Part shown: in pieces, positions 23,301-36,484 of the stretch
How the letters are laid out: each line of letters begins with the position of its first letter
How positions within the stretch are numbered: the stretch's first letter is position 1
Assembly: GCA_964036045.1 (NCBI GenBank)
Contig: OZ038378.1
Location: 141,050,001 to 141,114,000 of the forward strand
Reading direction: 5' to 3'
DNA from: Eutreptiella sp. 'Long Island Sound 2002'
Lineage: Eukaryota > Protista > Euglenida
Length of the DNA stretch: 64,000 nucleotides
Notes under the pieces: model-generated
Databases searched by the model: none
Seen by the model: the letters and a program-made list of their open reading frames with translations, nothing else
What the model was told of the DNA's origin: nothing
Position numbers and translations under genes: made by a program

Positions 23301-26300
23301 TTCGCCACAGCGGGCACCCTCACCGGTGCCTTTTGTGGGGAAGCCATTGCGGCTTTTTTGTGTTTATTTGGGATGAGTGACCCCCCCCCCCCCCGAACGC
23401 CAAAACCATTTTTTTCTGGGGCCCTGCTTCGTTGATGAAGCATCGGGGGAGTACACTGGGCGGGAGGTGTGGCAGAAGCTGCACGGGGGGGGGGGGGGGA
23501 TCCACCAGGTGGCGGCGTATGACCCACCCAAAACTGTGCGTGATGCAACCGCTTTGTGAGCCTAGGAGGTCTTGAAGCCTCCCAACGATACTAATGGAGC
23601 ATGGAGCAAGAGGGGCGGAAGAGGATTATATAGACCTCGAACTCCGTCAAGAAGTGCAGGCCTCCACCTTACCGTTGGAAAACCTTGAAATAAGCGAATA
23701 GTCGCAAGATTGGACGAACGACAAGCCTATGCGGTATTGGACTCCCGCATGGCGGTGACTACTCCCTACCTAGATTGTGGGGGGACTCTGTGCCGTGGGT
23801 ACCAAAGCTCTTTGCCGCCAAGCCGCTAAGTGCGACTTCGTGGGTTGTGATAAATTGGAAGCACATGCAGAGCTGTGGTTGCACACAAAGGTGGGATACA
23901 TGAGGCGAGGGTTATGTTGCGCTTGTCCTAAACGCATTTGCCCACGATGCTTTGGGTAGAACAACGGTATTGGAAGCCGAAGTGGGTGCTGGTCGGGACT
24001 GTATGTTGTCGGAAGAGGCTGTGGAGTGTACTCTGCTTGAGGCGGGATCGCGTCCTTAAAATCGTGTGGTATGTAAAACCACCGGAGAACCCAAGCACGA
24101 TGGACCTAAACAAAAAAAATGGTACGTGGGGATGCACACACAGACACACACACACACATACACACACACACCCGGTGGCCCTCAAATGCAAACCCCAAGG
24201 GATGCTTGGCCACAAGTGAGGAATTCAATACTCTAAAAGAGACCTTGAAGTTGCAATTGGGAGTGGCACCTCCACGGGTTCAAGCACCGCTCGAAAGGGA
24301 GACCAAATTTCTTTATGCCCGGCTTCCTTCTCCGGCAGCACGTTGGATAGTGGATTAAAATAGAATGACACCTGGTGCCCTTGGCGCCAGCGCCAGCGCT
24401 GCGCTGCACTACCATTGTGTCAATCAATTTCTGCAATTTCCCACAGGCTTCCTCCTTCATCTTGGCATATAGATTTTTGGACTAACGTTTTGCCGGCATC
24501 GCGTCACTGCCGCAATACAGCCCTGTCCGATGCACCCATTGCTCTTTGCAGGTACTCATGTCTGCAATCAACTTCAACCCCTTTGACTGTAGCAACTATA
24601 GCGAAGTGGATCCATTTGCCCACCCATGGCAATGGAGGGCAAAGGAGGTTCTGTGGCATCCCATCGGGTTGCCATCTCACAGCTGTAGGCCGTCCCGGTC
24701 GGCGTCCCCGGCACCTCAATCGCCGTCCCCGGCACCACCCGCAAGGTTGCCATCCCCGGCAGCATCCTCGGTGGATGTTCTTGTGGTGGTGGATAGCCCT
24801 TCGCCACAGCGGGCACCCTCACCGGTGCCTTTTGTGGGGAAGCCATTGCGGCTTTTTTGTGTTTATTTGGGATGAGTGACCCCCCCCCCCCCGAACGCAA
24901 AAACTATTTTTTGCTGGGGCCCTGCTTCGTTGATGAAGCATCGGGGGAGTACACTGGGCGGGAGGTGTGGCAGAAGCTGCACGGGGGGGGGGGGGACATC
25001 CAGCAGGTGGCGGCGTATGACCCCCCCAAAAATGTGCGTGATGCAACCGCTTTGTGAGCCTAGGAGGTCTTGAAGCCTCCCAACGATACTAATGGAGCAT
25101 GGAGCAAGAGGGGCGGAAGAAGATTATATAGACCTCGAACTCCGTCAAGAAGTGCAGGCCTCCACCTTACCGTTGGAAAACCTTGAAATAAGTGAATAGT
25201 CGCAAGATTGGACGAACGCCAAGCCTATGCGGTATTGGACTCCCGCATGGCGGTGACTACTCCCTACCTAGATTGTGGGGGACTCTGTGCCGTGGGTACC
25301 AAAGCTCTTTGCCGCCAAGCCGCTAAGTGCGACTTCGTGGGTTGTGATAAATTGGAAGCACATGCAGAGCTGTGGTTGCACACAAAGGTGGGATACATGA
25401 GGCGAGGGTTATGTTGCGCTTGTCCTAAACGCATTTGCCCGCGATGCTTTGGGTAGAACAACGGTATTGGAAGCCGAAGTGGGTGCTGGTCGGGACTGTA
25501 TGTTGTCGGAAGAGGCTATGGAGTGTACTCTACTTGAGGCGGGATCGCATCCTTAAAATCGTGTGGTATGTAAAACCACCGGAGAACCCAAGCACGATGG
25601 ACCTAAACAAAAAAAAAATGGTACGTGGGGATGCACACATAGACACAGACACACACAGACACACACACACACACACACCCGGTGGCCCTCAAACGCAAAC
25701 CCAAAAGGACGCTTGGGCACAAGTGAGTAATTCAATACTCTAAAAGAGACCTTGAAGTTGCAATTGGGAGTGGCACCTCCATGGGTTCAAGCACCGCTCG
25801 AAAGGGATACCAAATTTCTTTATGCCCGGCTTCCTTCTCCGGCAGCACGTTGGATGGTGGAGTAAAATAGAACGACACATGGTGCCCTTGGCGCCATCGC
25901 TAGCGCTGCGCTGCACTGCCATTGTGTGAATCAATTTCTGCAATTTCCCACAGGCTTCCTCCTTCATCTTGGCATATAGATTTTTGGACTAACATTTTGC
26001 CGGCATCGCGTCACTGCCGCAATATAGCCCTGTCCGATGCACCCATTGCTCTTTGCAGGTACTCATGTCGACAATCAACTTCATGCCCTTTGACTATAGC
26101 AACTATAGCGAAGTGGTTCCATTTGCCCATCCATGGCAATGGAGGTCAGAGGAGGTTTTGTGGCATCCCATCCGGTTGCTATCTGGCATCTCCAGGCCGT
26201 CCCGGTCGCCGTCCCCGGCACCTCAATCGCCGTCCCCGGCACCACCCGCAAGGTTGCCATCCCCGGCAGCATCCTCGGCGGATGTTCTTGTGGTGGTGGA

Positions 26301-29300
26301 TAGCCCTTCGCCACAGCGGGCACCCTCACCGGTGCCTTTTGTGGGGAAACCATTGCGGCTTTTTTGTGTTTATTTGGGATGAGTGACCCCCCCCCCCAAC
26401 GCAAAAACTATCTGTTGCTGGGGCTCTGCTTCGTTGATGAAGCATCGGGGGAGTACACTGGGCGGGAGGTCTGGCAGAAGCTGCACACGGGGGGGGGGCA
26501 TCCACCAGGTGGCGGTGTATGACCCCCCCAAAACTGTGCGTGATGCAACCGCTTTGTGGGCCCAGGAGGTCTTGAAGCCTCCCAACGATACTAATGGAGC
26601 ATGGAGCAAGAGGGGCGGAAGAAGATTATATAGACCTCGAACTCCGTCCAGAAGTCGAGGTCCCCACCTTACCGTTGGAAAACCTTGAAATAAACGAATA
26701 GTCGCAAGATTGGACGAACGACAAGCCTATGCGGTATTGGACTCCCGCATGGCGGTGACTATTCCCTACCTAGATTGTGGGGGACTCTGTGCCGTGGGTA
26801 CCAAAGCTCTTTACCGGCAAGCCGCTAAGTGCGACTTCGTTGGTTGTGATAAATTGGAAGCACATGCAGAGCTGTGGTTGCACACAAAGGTGTGATACAT
26901 GAGGCGAGGGTTATGTTGCGCTTGTCCTAAACACATTTGCCCGCGATGCTTTGGGTAGAACAACGGTATTGGAAGCCGAAGTGGGTGCTGGTCGGGACTA
27001 TAGGGTGTCGCAAGAGGCTGTGGAGTGTACTCTGCTTGAGGCGGGATCGCGTCCTTAAAGCCGTGTGGTATGTAAAACCACCGGAGAACCCAAGCACGAT
27101 GGACCCACAAAAAATGGTACGTGGGGATGCACACATAGATACACACAGACACACACACACACACACACACACGGTGGCCCTCAAATGCAAACCCAAAAGG
27201 ATCCTTGGGCACAAGTGAGGAATTCAATACTCTAAAAGAGACCTTGAAGTTGCAATTGGGAGTGGTACCTCCATGGGTTCAAGCACCGCTCGAAAGCAAG
27301 AACAAATGTCTTTATGCCCGGCTTCCTTCTCCGGCAGCACATTGGATAGTGGAGTAAAATAGAACGACACATGGTGCCCTTGGCGCCATCGCCAGCGCTG
27401 CGCTGCACTGCCATTGTGTCAATCAATTTCTGCAATTTCCCACAAACTTCCTCCTTCATCTTGGCATATAGATTTTTGGACGAACTTTTTGCCGGCATTG
27501 TGTCACTGCCGCAATACAGCCCTCTCCGGTGCACCCATTGCTCTTTGAGGATACTCATGTCTACAATCAACTTCATGCCCTTTGACTATAGCAACTATAG
27601 CGAAGTGGTTCCATTTGCCCACCCATGGCAATGGAGGCCAAAGAAGGTTTTGTGGCATCCCATGTGGTTGCTATCTGACATCTCTAGGCAGTCCCGGTCG
27701 CCGTCCCTGGCACCTCGGTCGGCGTCCCCGGCACCACCCGCAAGGTTGCCATCCCCGGCAGCATCCTCGGTGGATGTTCTTGTGGTGGTGGATAGCCCTT
27801 CGCCACAGCGGGCACCCTCACCGGTGCCTTTTGTGGGGAAGCCATTGCGACTTTTTTGTGTTTATTTGGGATGAGTGACCCCCCCCCCCCCGAACGCCAA
27901 AACTATTTTTTGCTGGGGCCCTGCTTCGTTGATGAAGCATCGGGGGAGTACACTGGGCGGGAGGTGTGGCAGAAGCTGCACGGGGGGGGGGGGGGACATC
28001 CAGCAGGTGGCGGCGTATGACCCCCCCAAAAATGTGCGTGATGCAACCGCTTTGTGAGCCTAGGAGGTCTTGAAGCCTCCCAACGATACTAATGGAGCAT
28101 GGAGCAAGAGGGGCGGAAGAAGATTATATAGACCTCGAACTCCGTCAAGAAGTGCAGGCCTCCACCTTACCGTTGGAAAACCTTGAAATAAGTGAATAGT
28201 CGCAAGATTGGACGAACGCCAAGCCTATGCGGTATTGGACTCCCGCATGGCGGTGACTACTCCCTACCTAGATTGTGGGGGACTCTGTGCCGTGGGTACC
28301 AAAGCTCTTTGCCGCCAAGCCGCTAAGTGCGACTTCGTGGGTTGTGATAAATTGGAAGCACATGCAGAGCTGTGGTTGCACACAAAGGTGGGATACATGA
28401 GGCGAGGGTTATGTTGCGCTTGTCCTAAACGCATTTGCCCGCGATGCTTTGGGTAGAACAACGGTATTGGAAGCCGAAGTGGGTGCTGGTCGGGACTGTA
28501 TGTTGTCGGAAGAGGCTATGGAGTGTACTCTACTTGAGGCGGGATCGCATCCTTAAAATCGTGTGGTATGTAAAACCACCGGAGAACCCAAGCACGATGG
28601 ACCTAAACAAAAAAAAAATGGTACGTGGGGATGCACACATAGACACAGACACACACAGACACACACACACACACACACCCGGTGGCCCTCAAACGCAAAC
28701 CCAAAAGGACGCTTGGGCACAAGTGAGTAATTCAATACTCTAAAAGAGACCTTGAAGTTGCAATTGGGAGTGGCACCTCCATGGGTTCAAGCACCGCTCG
28801 AAAGGGATACCAAATTTCTTTATGCCCGGCTTCCTTCTCCGGCAGCACGTTGGATGGTGGAGTAAAATAGAACGACACATGGTGCCCTTGGCGCCATCGC
28901 TAGCGCTGCGCTGCACTGCCATTGTGTGAATCAATTTCTGCAACTTCCCACAGGCTTCCTCCTTCATCTTGGCATATAGATTTTTGGACTAACATTTTGC
29001 CGGCATCGCGTCACTGCCGCAATACAGCCCTGTCCGAAGAACCCATTGCTCTTTGCAGGTACTCATGTCGACAATCAACTTCATGCCCTTTGACTATAGC
29101 AACTATAGCGAAGTGGTTCCATTTGCCCATCCATGGCAATGGAGGTCAGAGGAGGTTTTGTGGCATCCCATCCGGTTGCTATCTGGCATCTCCAGGCCGT
29201 CCCGGTCGCCGTCCCCGGCACCTCAATCGCCGTCCCCGGCACCACCCGCAAGGTTGCCATCCCCGGCAGCATCCTCGGCGGATGTTCTTGTGGTGGTGGA

Positions 29301-31890
29301 TAGCCCTTCGCCACAGCGGGCACCCTCACCGGTGCCTTTTGTGGGGAAACCATTGCGGCTTTTTTGTGTTTATTTGGGATGAGTGACCCCCCCCCCCCAA
29401 CGCAAAAACTATCTGTTGCTGGGGCTCTGCTTCGTTGATGAAGCATCGGGGGAGTACACTGGGCGGGAGGTCTGGCAGAAGCTGCACACGGGGGGGGGGC
29501 ATCCACCAGGTGGCGGTGTATGACCCCCCCAAAACTGTGCGTGATGCAACCGCTTTGTGGGCCCAGGAGGTCTTGAAGCCTCCCAACGATACTAATGGAG
29601 CATGGAGCAAGAGGGGCGGAAGAAGATTATATAGACCTCGAACTCCGTCCAGAAGTCGAGGTCCCCACCTTACCGTTGGAAAACCTTGAAATAAACGAAT
29701 AGTCGCAAGATTGGACGAACGACAAGCCTATGCGGTATTGGACTCCCGCATGGCGGTGACTATTCCCTACCTAGATTGTGGGGGACTCTGTGCCGTGGGT
29801 ACCAAAGCTCTTTACCGGCAAGCCGCTAAGTGCGACTTCGTGGGTTGTGATAAATTGGAAGCACATGCAGAGCTGTGGTTGCACACAAAGGTGTGATACA
29901 TGAGGCGAGGGTTATGTTGCGCTTGTCCTAAACACATTTGCCCGCGATGCTTTGGGTAGAACAACGGTATTGGAAGCCGAAGTGGGTGCTGGTCGGGACT
30001 ATAGGGTGTCGCAAGAGGCTGTGGAGTGTACTCTGCTTGAGGCGGGATCGCGTCCTTAAAGCCGTGTGGTATGTAAAACCACCGGAGAACCCAAGCACGA
30101 TGGACCCACAAAAAATGGTACGTGGGGATGCACACATAGATACACACAGACACACACACACACACACACACACGGTGGCCCTCAAATGCAAACCCAAAAG
30201 GATGCTTGGGCACAAGTGAGGAATTCAATACTCTAAAAGAGACCTTGAAGTTGCAATTGGGAGTGGTACCTCCATGGGTTCAAGCACCGCTCGAAAGCAA
30301 GAACAAATGTCTTTATGCCCGGCTTCCTTCTCCGGCAGCACATTGGATAGTGGAGTAAAATAGAACGACACATGGTGCCCTTGGCGCCATCGCCAGCGCT
30401 GCGCTGCACTGCCATTGTGTCAATCAATTTCTGCAATTTCCCACAAACTTCCTCCTTCATCTTGGCATATAGATTTTTGGACGAACTTTTTGCCGGCATT
30501 GTGTCACTGCCGCAATACAGCCCTCTCCGGTGCACCCATTGCTCGTTGAGGATACTCATGTCTACAATCAACTTCATGCGCTTTGACTATAGCAACTATA
30601 GCGAAGTGGTTCCATTTGCCCACCCATGGCAATGGAGGCCAAAGAAGGTTTTGTGGCATCCCATGTGGTTGCTATCTGACATCTCTAGGCAGTCCCGGTC
30701 GCCGTCCCTGGCACCTCGGTCGGCGTCCCCGGCACCTCAATCGCCGTCCCTGGCACCACCCGCAAGGTTGCCATCCCCGGCAGCATCCTCGGTGGATGTT
30801 CTTGTGGTGGTGGATAGCCCTTCGCCACAGCGGGCACCCTCACGGGTGCCTTTTGTGGGGAAACCATTGCGGCTTTTTTGTGTTTATTTGGGATGAGTGA
30901 CCTCCCCCCCCAACGCAAAAACTATCTGTTGCTGGGGCCCTGCTTCGTTGATGAAGCATCGGGGGAGTACACTGGGCGGGTGGTCTGGCAGAAGCTGCAC
31001 AGGGGGGGCATATCCACCAGGTGGCGGCGTATGACCCCCCCAAAACTGTGCGTGATGCAACCGCGTTGTGGGCCCAGGAGGTCTTGAAGCCTCCCAACGA
31101 TACTAATGGAGCATGGAGCAAGAGGGGCGGAAGAAGATTATATAGACCTCGAACACCGTCCAGAAGTCGAGGCCCCCACCTTACCGTTGGAAAACCTTGA
31201 AATAAGCGAATAGTCGCAAGATTGGACGAACGACAAGCCTATGCGGTATTGGACTCCCGCATGGCGGTGACTACTCCCTACCTAGATTGTGGGGGACTCT
31301 GTGCCGTGGGTACCAAAGCTCTTTGCCGCCAAGCCGCTAAGTGCGACTTCGTGGGTTGTGATAAATTGGAAGCACATGCAGAGCTGTGCTTGCACGCAAA
31401 GGTGGGATACATGAGGCGAGGGTTATGTTGCGCTTGTCCTAAACACATTTGCCCGCGATGCTTTGGGTAGAACAACGGTATTGGAAGCCGAAGTGGGTGC
31501 TGCTGGGGACTGTATGGTGCCGGAAGAGGCTGTGGAGTGTACTCTACTTGAGGCGGGATCGCGTCCTTAAAATCGTGTGGTATGTAAAACCACCGGAGAA
31601 CCCAAGCAAGATGGACCCAAACAAAAGAAACGGTACGTGGGGATGCACACACAGACACACACACACACACACATACACACACACACCCGGTGGCCCTCAA
31701 ATGCAAACCCCAAAGGAGGCTTGGGCACAAGTGAGGAATTTAATACTCTAAAAGAGACCTTGAAGTTGCAATTGGGAGTGGCACCTCCATGGGTTCCAGC
31801 ACCGCTCGAAAGGGAGACCGAATTTCTCTATGCCCGGCTTCCTTCTCCGGCAGCACGTTGGATAGTGCAATAAAATAGAACGACACCTGG
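14368..31890. repeat. ~17.5-kb tandem array of ~12 units of ~1.5 kb derived from degenerate coding sequence
   Basis: Marker ttggacgaacg(a/c)caagcctatgc at ~14672, 16180, 17686, 19191, ~20700, 22202, ~23710, 25208, 26710, 28208, 29711 and 31222 (spacing ~1498-1511). Each unit has a (CA)n tract, poly-C/poly-G runs and a 21-bp ccgtccccggcacc minisatellite. Confidence 0.97.
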
Positions 31891-31959
31891 TGCGGTCGGA
31901 GAGCTGAAACATTTCCACCTGTATGGGAGGAGAAAGGTAAAAGGAAAGGGGGTTCCATA

Positions 31960-34900
31960 AGCGAATGGTCGTAGCCTTGGACGCATTGCGACACCATTCG
32001 GCATTGAACTCCCGCTGATGGCGATTACTCTGTACATGGATGGTGGGGCCCTCGGTGACATGGGTACCAAAGCTCTTCGCCGCCATGCTGCTGATTGCGA
32101 CTTCGTGGGTTGTGATAAATTGAAAGTACATGCAGAGTCGTGGTTACACCCACACGTGGGATACATGCATGGGGTACCCTGCGCTAGGCCCTCAAGGCAA
32201 TTGTACGCGATGCTTGGGTAGAATGACGATATTGCAGGCCGAAGTGGGTGGTGGTTGGGACTTTATGATGCTAGGGGAAGCTATGGAGTGCCCCTCACTG
32301 GAGGCGGCATCACATCATGAAAATTACGTGGTATGCAAAACCACCAGGAAACCCGACCATTGGACCAAATGAAAAAAAACCTACGCATGGATAGGATTTG
32401 ACCCCCAAAGTCCAAATTTGGCGGCGCCAGCAAAAGAGCACATAGATGACAACAAGAAGGCGACGGGCAAACTAGCCAGCCAAAGGCCCTTCTCGAAGGC
32501 TGAGTGGACCAACACCACGTGGCAACGGTTCTCCAAACTGTGAAGGCACAATCCAATGGCCCATCGGGGCACACCGGCTGGAACTTTCTTTCGCAAGGGT
32601 TGGGAACCCGAATGGTAAACCACAAGGTCACACGTGTAACGACAGCCGAGCACAGGTCATGGATTTCTGAGCCAAAAAAGCAGCAAAAAGCAGTGAAAAA
32701 ATGAGGCCCCAAAACCCCCGGTGCCCGAGATGTTCGTCCAGGCCGCGGTGGACATTTTCACACCACTGAAGGCCCGAGTGCGTGATACCCACCCCCTCGA
32801 CGGAACAGCGGCCCATGCACAACGTGACAGAGTGAATATCCATTAAGCCAGGTGCATGCTTTTGGGGATATACTCAAAGCGCACCATGCACGTTGGTGAT
32901 GCTCGGTTTGTGAATTTTGCATTTCAAACTATGACGGAAGTGCAAGGCAAAGCACAATACCACCGATCGATACATGCGCACTATTTGAAATTGATGTTGA
33001 CATGCCTTTTGGAACCTTGAGGGAGCGCGGAGTGTGTAAAGCGCGGGCTGAGTGCAAGGCGTCAGAATTATAGGAGCAATCGTGAGTATGTTGACGCTTC
33101 TTGGGGGTACCATTACGAACATGCCAACGGGAATGTTGACATGTTGGTGGCTTAGATCAGAAGTTCGGTTCCATGACCTACTTTGGTACAACGACGGTGG
33201 ACATGCGCCGTCTTCATGAGGTGCGGGAGCTCTACGAGCAGCTACACAGTGGTGTCATCGCCGTGGACTATTTTGCGGTGCACATGACTCGGGCTTGGTA
33301 TAGCCCAAGCGGACTTTTCCTTCGCTAAATCATGGAGTCGACCATACCCTGGGCAACATTTGCCAGATTAGTGCGCGTGCCAAGTAGCAGGACAAGCGCG
33401 TGCACGCCGTTGCCAAGTTCAATCGTTGGCAAATTCGTGTTTGCACGAATGACAGAGTGCACGATCCCGATCCTGTAGCAGGCTGCCAACCGCACTGCCT
33501 TGGCACGTCTCACTGCCACTATAGAACGCGATTTTGACCTCTTGAAATACCAGGAGAAAAAGTATGTGTGGCAAGCATACGGTGCGAGGGTTCAAAAGCA
33601 CACTTGTGAAGATAAATCCGTCATCTATGATGAGCACGGTGAAACGATTGGACCTATTTGAAGGCTGCCGGATGCAATGGGGACCATCGGATGTGCTAAT
33701 TCCCTCCCCCGGTGCTATTTCTATTTTTAGCACACCACTTTCTATTTTTAGCACACGTGTTCTATTTTCAGTAGCGAAATTTCTATTTTTAGAACTTGAC
33801 CATACCGGCCCCGTTTCGTGTTTCGTATGAATCCGCAGCCACCCGATATGGGTCGCGGTCGCATTGGTGAGGTTTGTTTCCCTCAAGGGTCCCTCCGTTT
33901 GGACATCTCAATTTTCGCATGTGCTATTTTTAGTAACATTTGTTACTTTTCGTCTTACAACATTATTCTCCCATTTCTCCGCATTGTGGGCACCTTGGGG
34001 CATTCTAACCGGATCCACGACCATATGTCGGCGAGCCGGAGGCAATGGCGATGCCCGTCTGAGTTCATCTCGCGCATCAAGTCCGAATTCGGAAAATCCA
34101 CTCGCTAGTTTGTAAGGATGACATTCCCACGCCGCCTCATAGCGAACCATGGGCCAATGCAATCCGCACCAAGGTGCCCGATGAGCTAGAAACATTGTTG
34201 ATGGACCATGGACTTGCCCATCATAGTACGCAAAGGAACGAGATGGGGCTGCACAACACTGTCATTGGAAAGGCGGCACGGGAAGGGAGGTCTAATAGTG
34301 GCACTAGCCAACTCTCGCCACAATTATGGTGGCCTTGGGGGGTTGTCATCAAAATTAACAAAATGTGCACAGAATCTACTTCTTGCTCGCCTACTTGGTG
34401 AAGTACTTGAGCAGTGAGGAGGTGGCGTGTTTGGCACGCGGAGCAAAGCAAGGGGCCACGAACATGCACGCCCATGTACAAGGAGAGCAACAGCGAAAGC
34501 ACATGACGAGACAAAGCGTAAAGTCGTCACATGCCCGACTCATTAGCTTGGATGAGATCACGTTCTGGGTACCGCATCACACCACGGTCTTTTGCACAAA
34601 TATTGCCAATCGTGTGAACATCGGATCCCGAGCGTCACGCTCGGTTGTCCTTTGTTTGAGTTGGTCGCCCGTAAGTCGAGCTAGCCCGAATTTTGGACCT
34701 CAGCCCTTCTTGGATCGAAATACCTATGGACCGCATGTACAAAGACCCGAGTTTCGCGCTTTGTACGACATCCCGGTCCGTTTGGTGCGACGCCCAAAAG
34801 TAAAAATCTCCATCTACTCCGCGAACCTAGTTGCAGGCAACGGCCCTCATATCACCCATGGGCAACTTCACGTACACCCCAGCAAGGTCATGTTGTATTG

Positions 34901-35282
34901 TTTGCGTCTGCCAGAGATGGTGGAAAAAACGCTTCAATAGTACTGCGAGTTCACCGGTGCTGACAATGTGTGTAAGTGCCGCTCGTTGTGTAAGCTGAAT
35001 TGGGTTCCGCCACGTGAGCACATCATGGGTTGGGGGGCAAATGAGTTGTGTGATGATCCCTATAAGCGGGTATGGTTGAATCCCGAAATCTTCAAATCCC
35101 TGCCAATGTATCGTCGTATTTTCGAGCGCTTGGGTGATCTACATGCTGGCAAAGCAGTTGCACGTGTTGTGCAACGTCGAGCCGCCTTCGACGAGCCGTT
35201 GATGCAGAAATTGGTGGAATTTTGGGCTAAACATATCATGGGTTTAAACCAACGTTATGCCCCTTCCCTCAATGGCAACTAG
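31960..35282 (+). pseudogene. Degenerate, frameshifted coding remnant, partly paralogous to the 1.5-kb unit; transposase-like origin suspected
   Basis: 32018-32372 (DGGALGDMGTKALRRHAADCDFVGCDKLKVHAESWLH..GNCTRCLG..LQAEVGGG) aligns by eye with the array unit (DCGGLCAVGTKALCRQAAKCDFVGCDKLEAHAELWLH..RICPRCFG..LEAEVGAG). Further protein-like frames at 33180-33330, 34365-34940 and 34968-35282. Family not established. Confidence 0.4.
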
Positions 35283-35821
35283 ATGAGTAGCAGGGGAATC
35301 GGCAGGGAAAAAAAGCCTCGTACCACCATGGCGTTTTGCTTTAACGCGATACCCCCGGACGGGGGAGGGGGGTGCGACAACATTTTTTGAGCAAAAACTA
35401 TCTCTGCGTCCAAACATGTGGGTGTTCTTGAAGTCGAACCCCGCCCATTGTTTTTGGAGGGGGCTAATGGGACACTTTCAAACTGTCCATTTATATTTCA
35501 GGCGATATACTTGGTTTTTGTCTTTAAGGCCACCTAGCGAGTCGCGCCCCAGGCTGAACCATGCCTTTTTTCGGGATGGTGCTCTCTGTGCCCTCTTGGG
35601 GGCCGAAAAGTGGGCGGAAGTGCTACGTAACTAGTTCCCCTGAAAAAGGGACAAAACCGGAGCACCATACAACAACAAAAAAAAGGTAGAACAGAGTTTG
35701 CTTAAATTCAGGAAGGTAGCGTGTTTTTTCTTCTTTTTTGATTTTTGACCATTCTTTGCTTTCATTGTCCACCATCTTGTAGATGCCAACGCTATTTATG
35801 AAGCTAGCCACGGAGGAAGAG

Positions 35822-36484
35822 CTCCCAAGACAATGGTGGCCTGTGTGGAGTTGGGATTGCAGGTAGGGGACGGGAAGAAGTTGGCGGATGGAGGAGCGTG
35901 GGGGTGGATGGACCTAGGTGATGAGGCGGGCCGGCCGGAAAAGACAGAACGGTACGACAAGCTAGGTTACTAGCTCAAAGAGAGAGTTGGGGTGAAGGTA
36001 GAGGCAAATAAACCTCACCGTCCACACCTATGTTTTTGCGAGGGGGAATGCGCTGTTGCCGAATTGGCTCGCAGCCCATTGGGTCCCGGGAAATCGCCCA
36101 TAGCTCAGCACCGCCAGACATACCGCCTGGCACTACCCGACCACCATACACCCGGAACCGGTGTCCCAAATCAAGAAGGCACTCTCCCTAGACCTCCCGG
36201 ACACCCACAACGCAAACCAACCGGGGGCCTTCACCGCGTACTGGAGTTTCCCGACGGCCGCAGGCATGGTGGCTCAGGTGGCAGAACCCACCTTGCAACC
36301 TCCATCACAGCACTCACCAAAGCGGTCCAGGCCATGGCACGCAGGGAAGGGGCCCCACTAGAGTGGACAGCCAACACCCTAGTGGAGCAACGAATCCACC
36401 ACAACGCCAACAAGACACAGCAAACGGGGCGCCAAGTACACCCACCGCTGTGGGACAAAGACCGTAACCTCCAACCCCACAGCC
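35822..36484 (+). repeat. 663-bp near-identical duplicate of 37402-38064
   Basis: Both start ctcccaagacaatggtggcc and end ccaaccccacagcc; offset 1580 bp. Confidence 0.95.

Noticed and set aside
14672-31470. Multicopy gene family (MDERQAY..., MCESIS... ORFs)
   Set aside because: ORFs use non-ATG starts, are short, switch frame at homopolymer and (CA)n tracts, and share amplified stop codons. They are best read as repeat-derived pseudo-ORFs.
13400-35800. Terminal inverted repeats bounding a single large DNA transposon
   Set aside because: No matching inverted termini or TSD could be found by eye.
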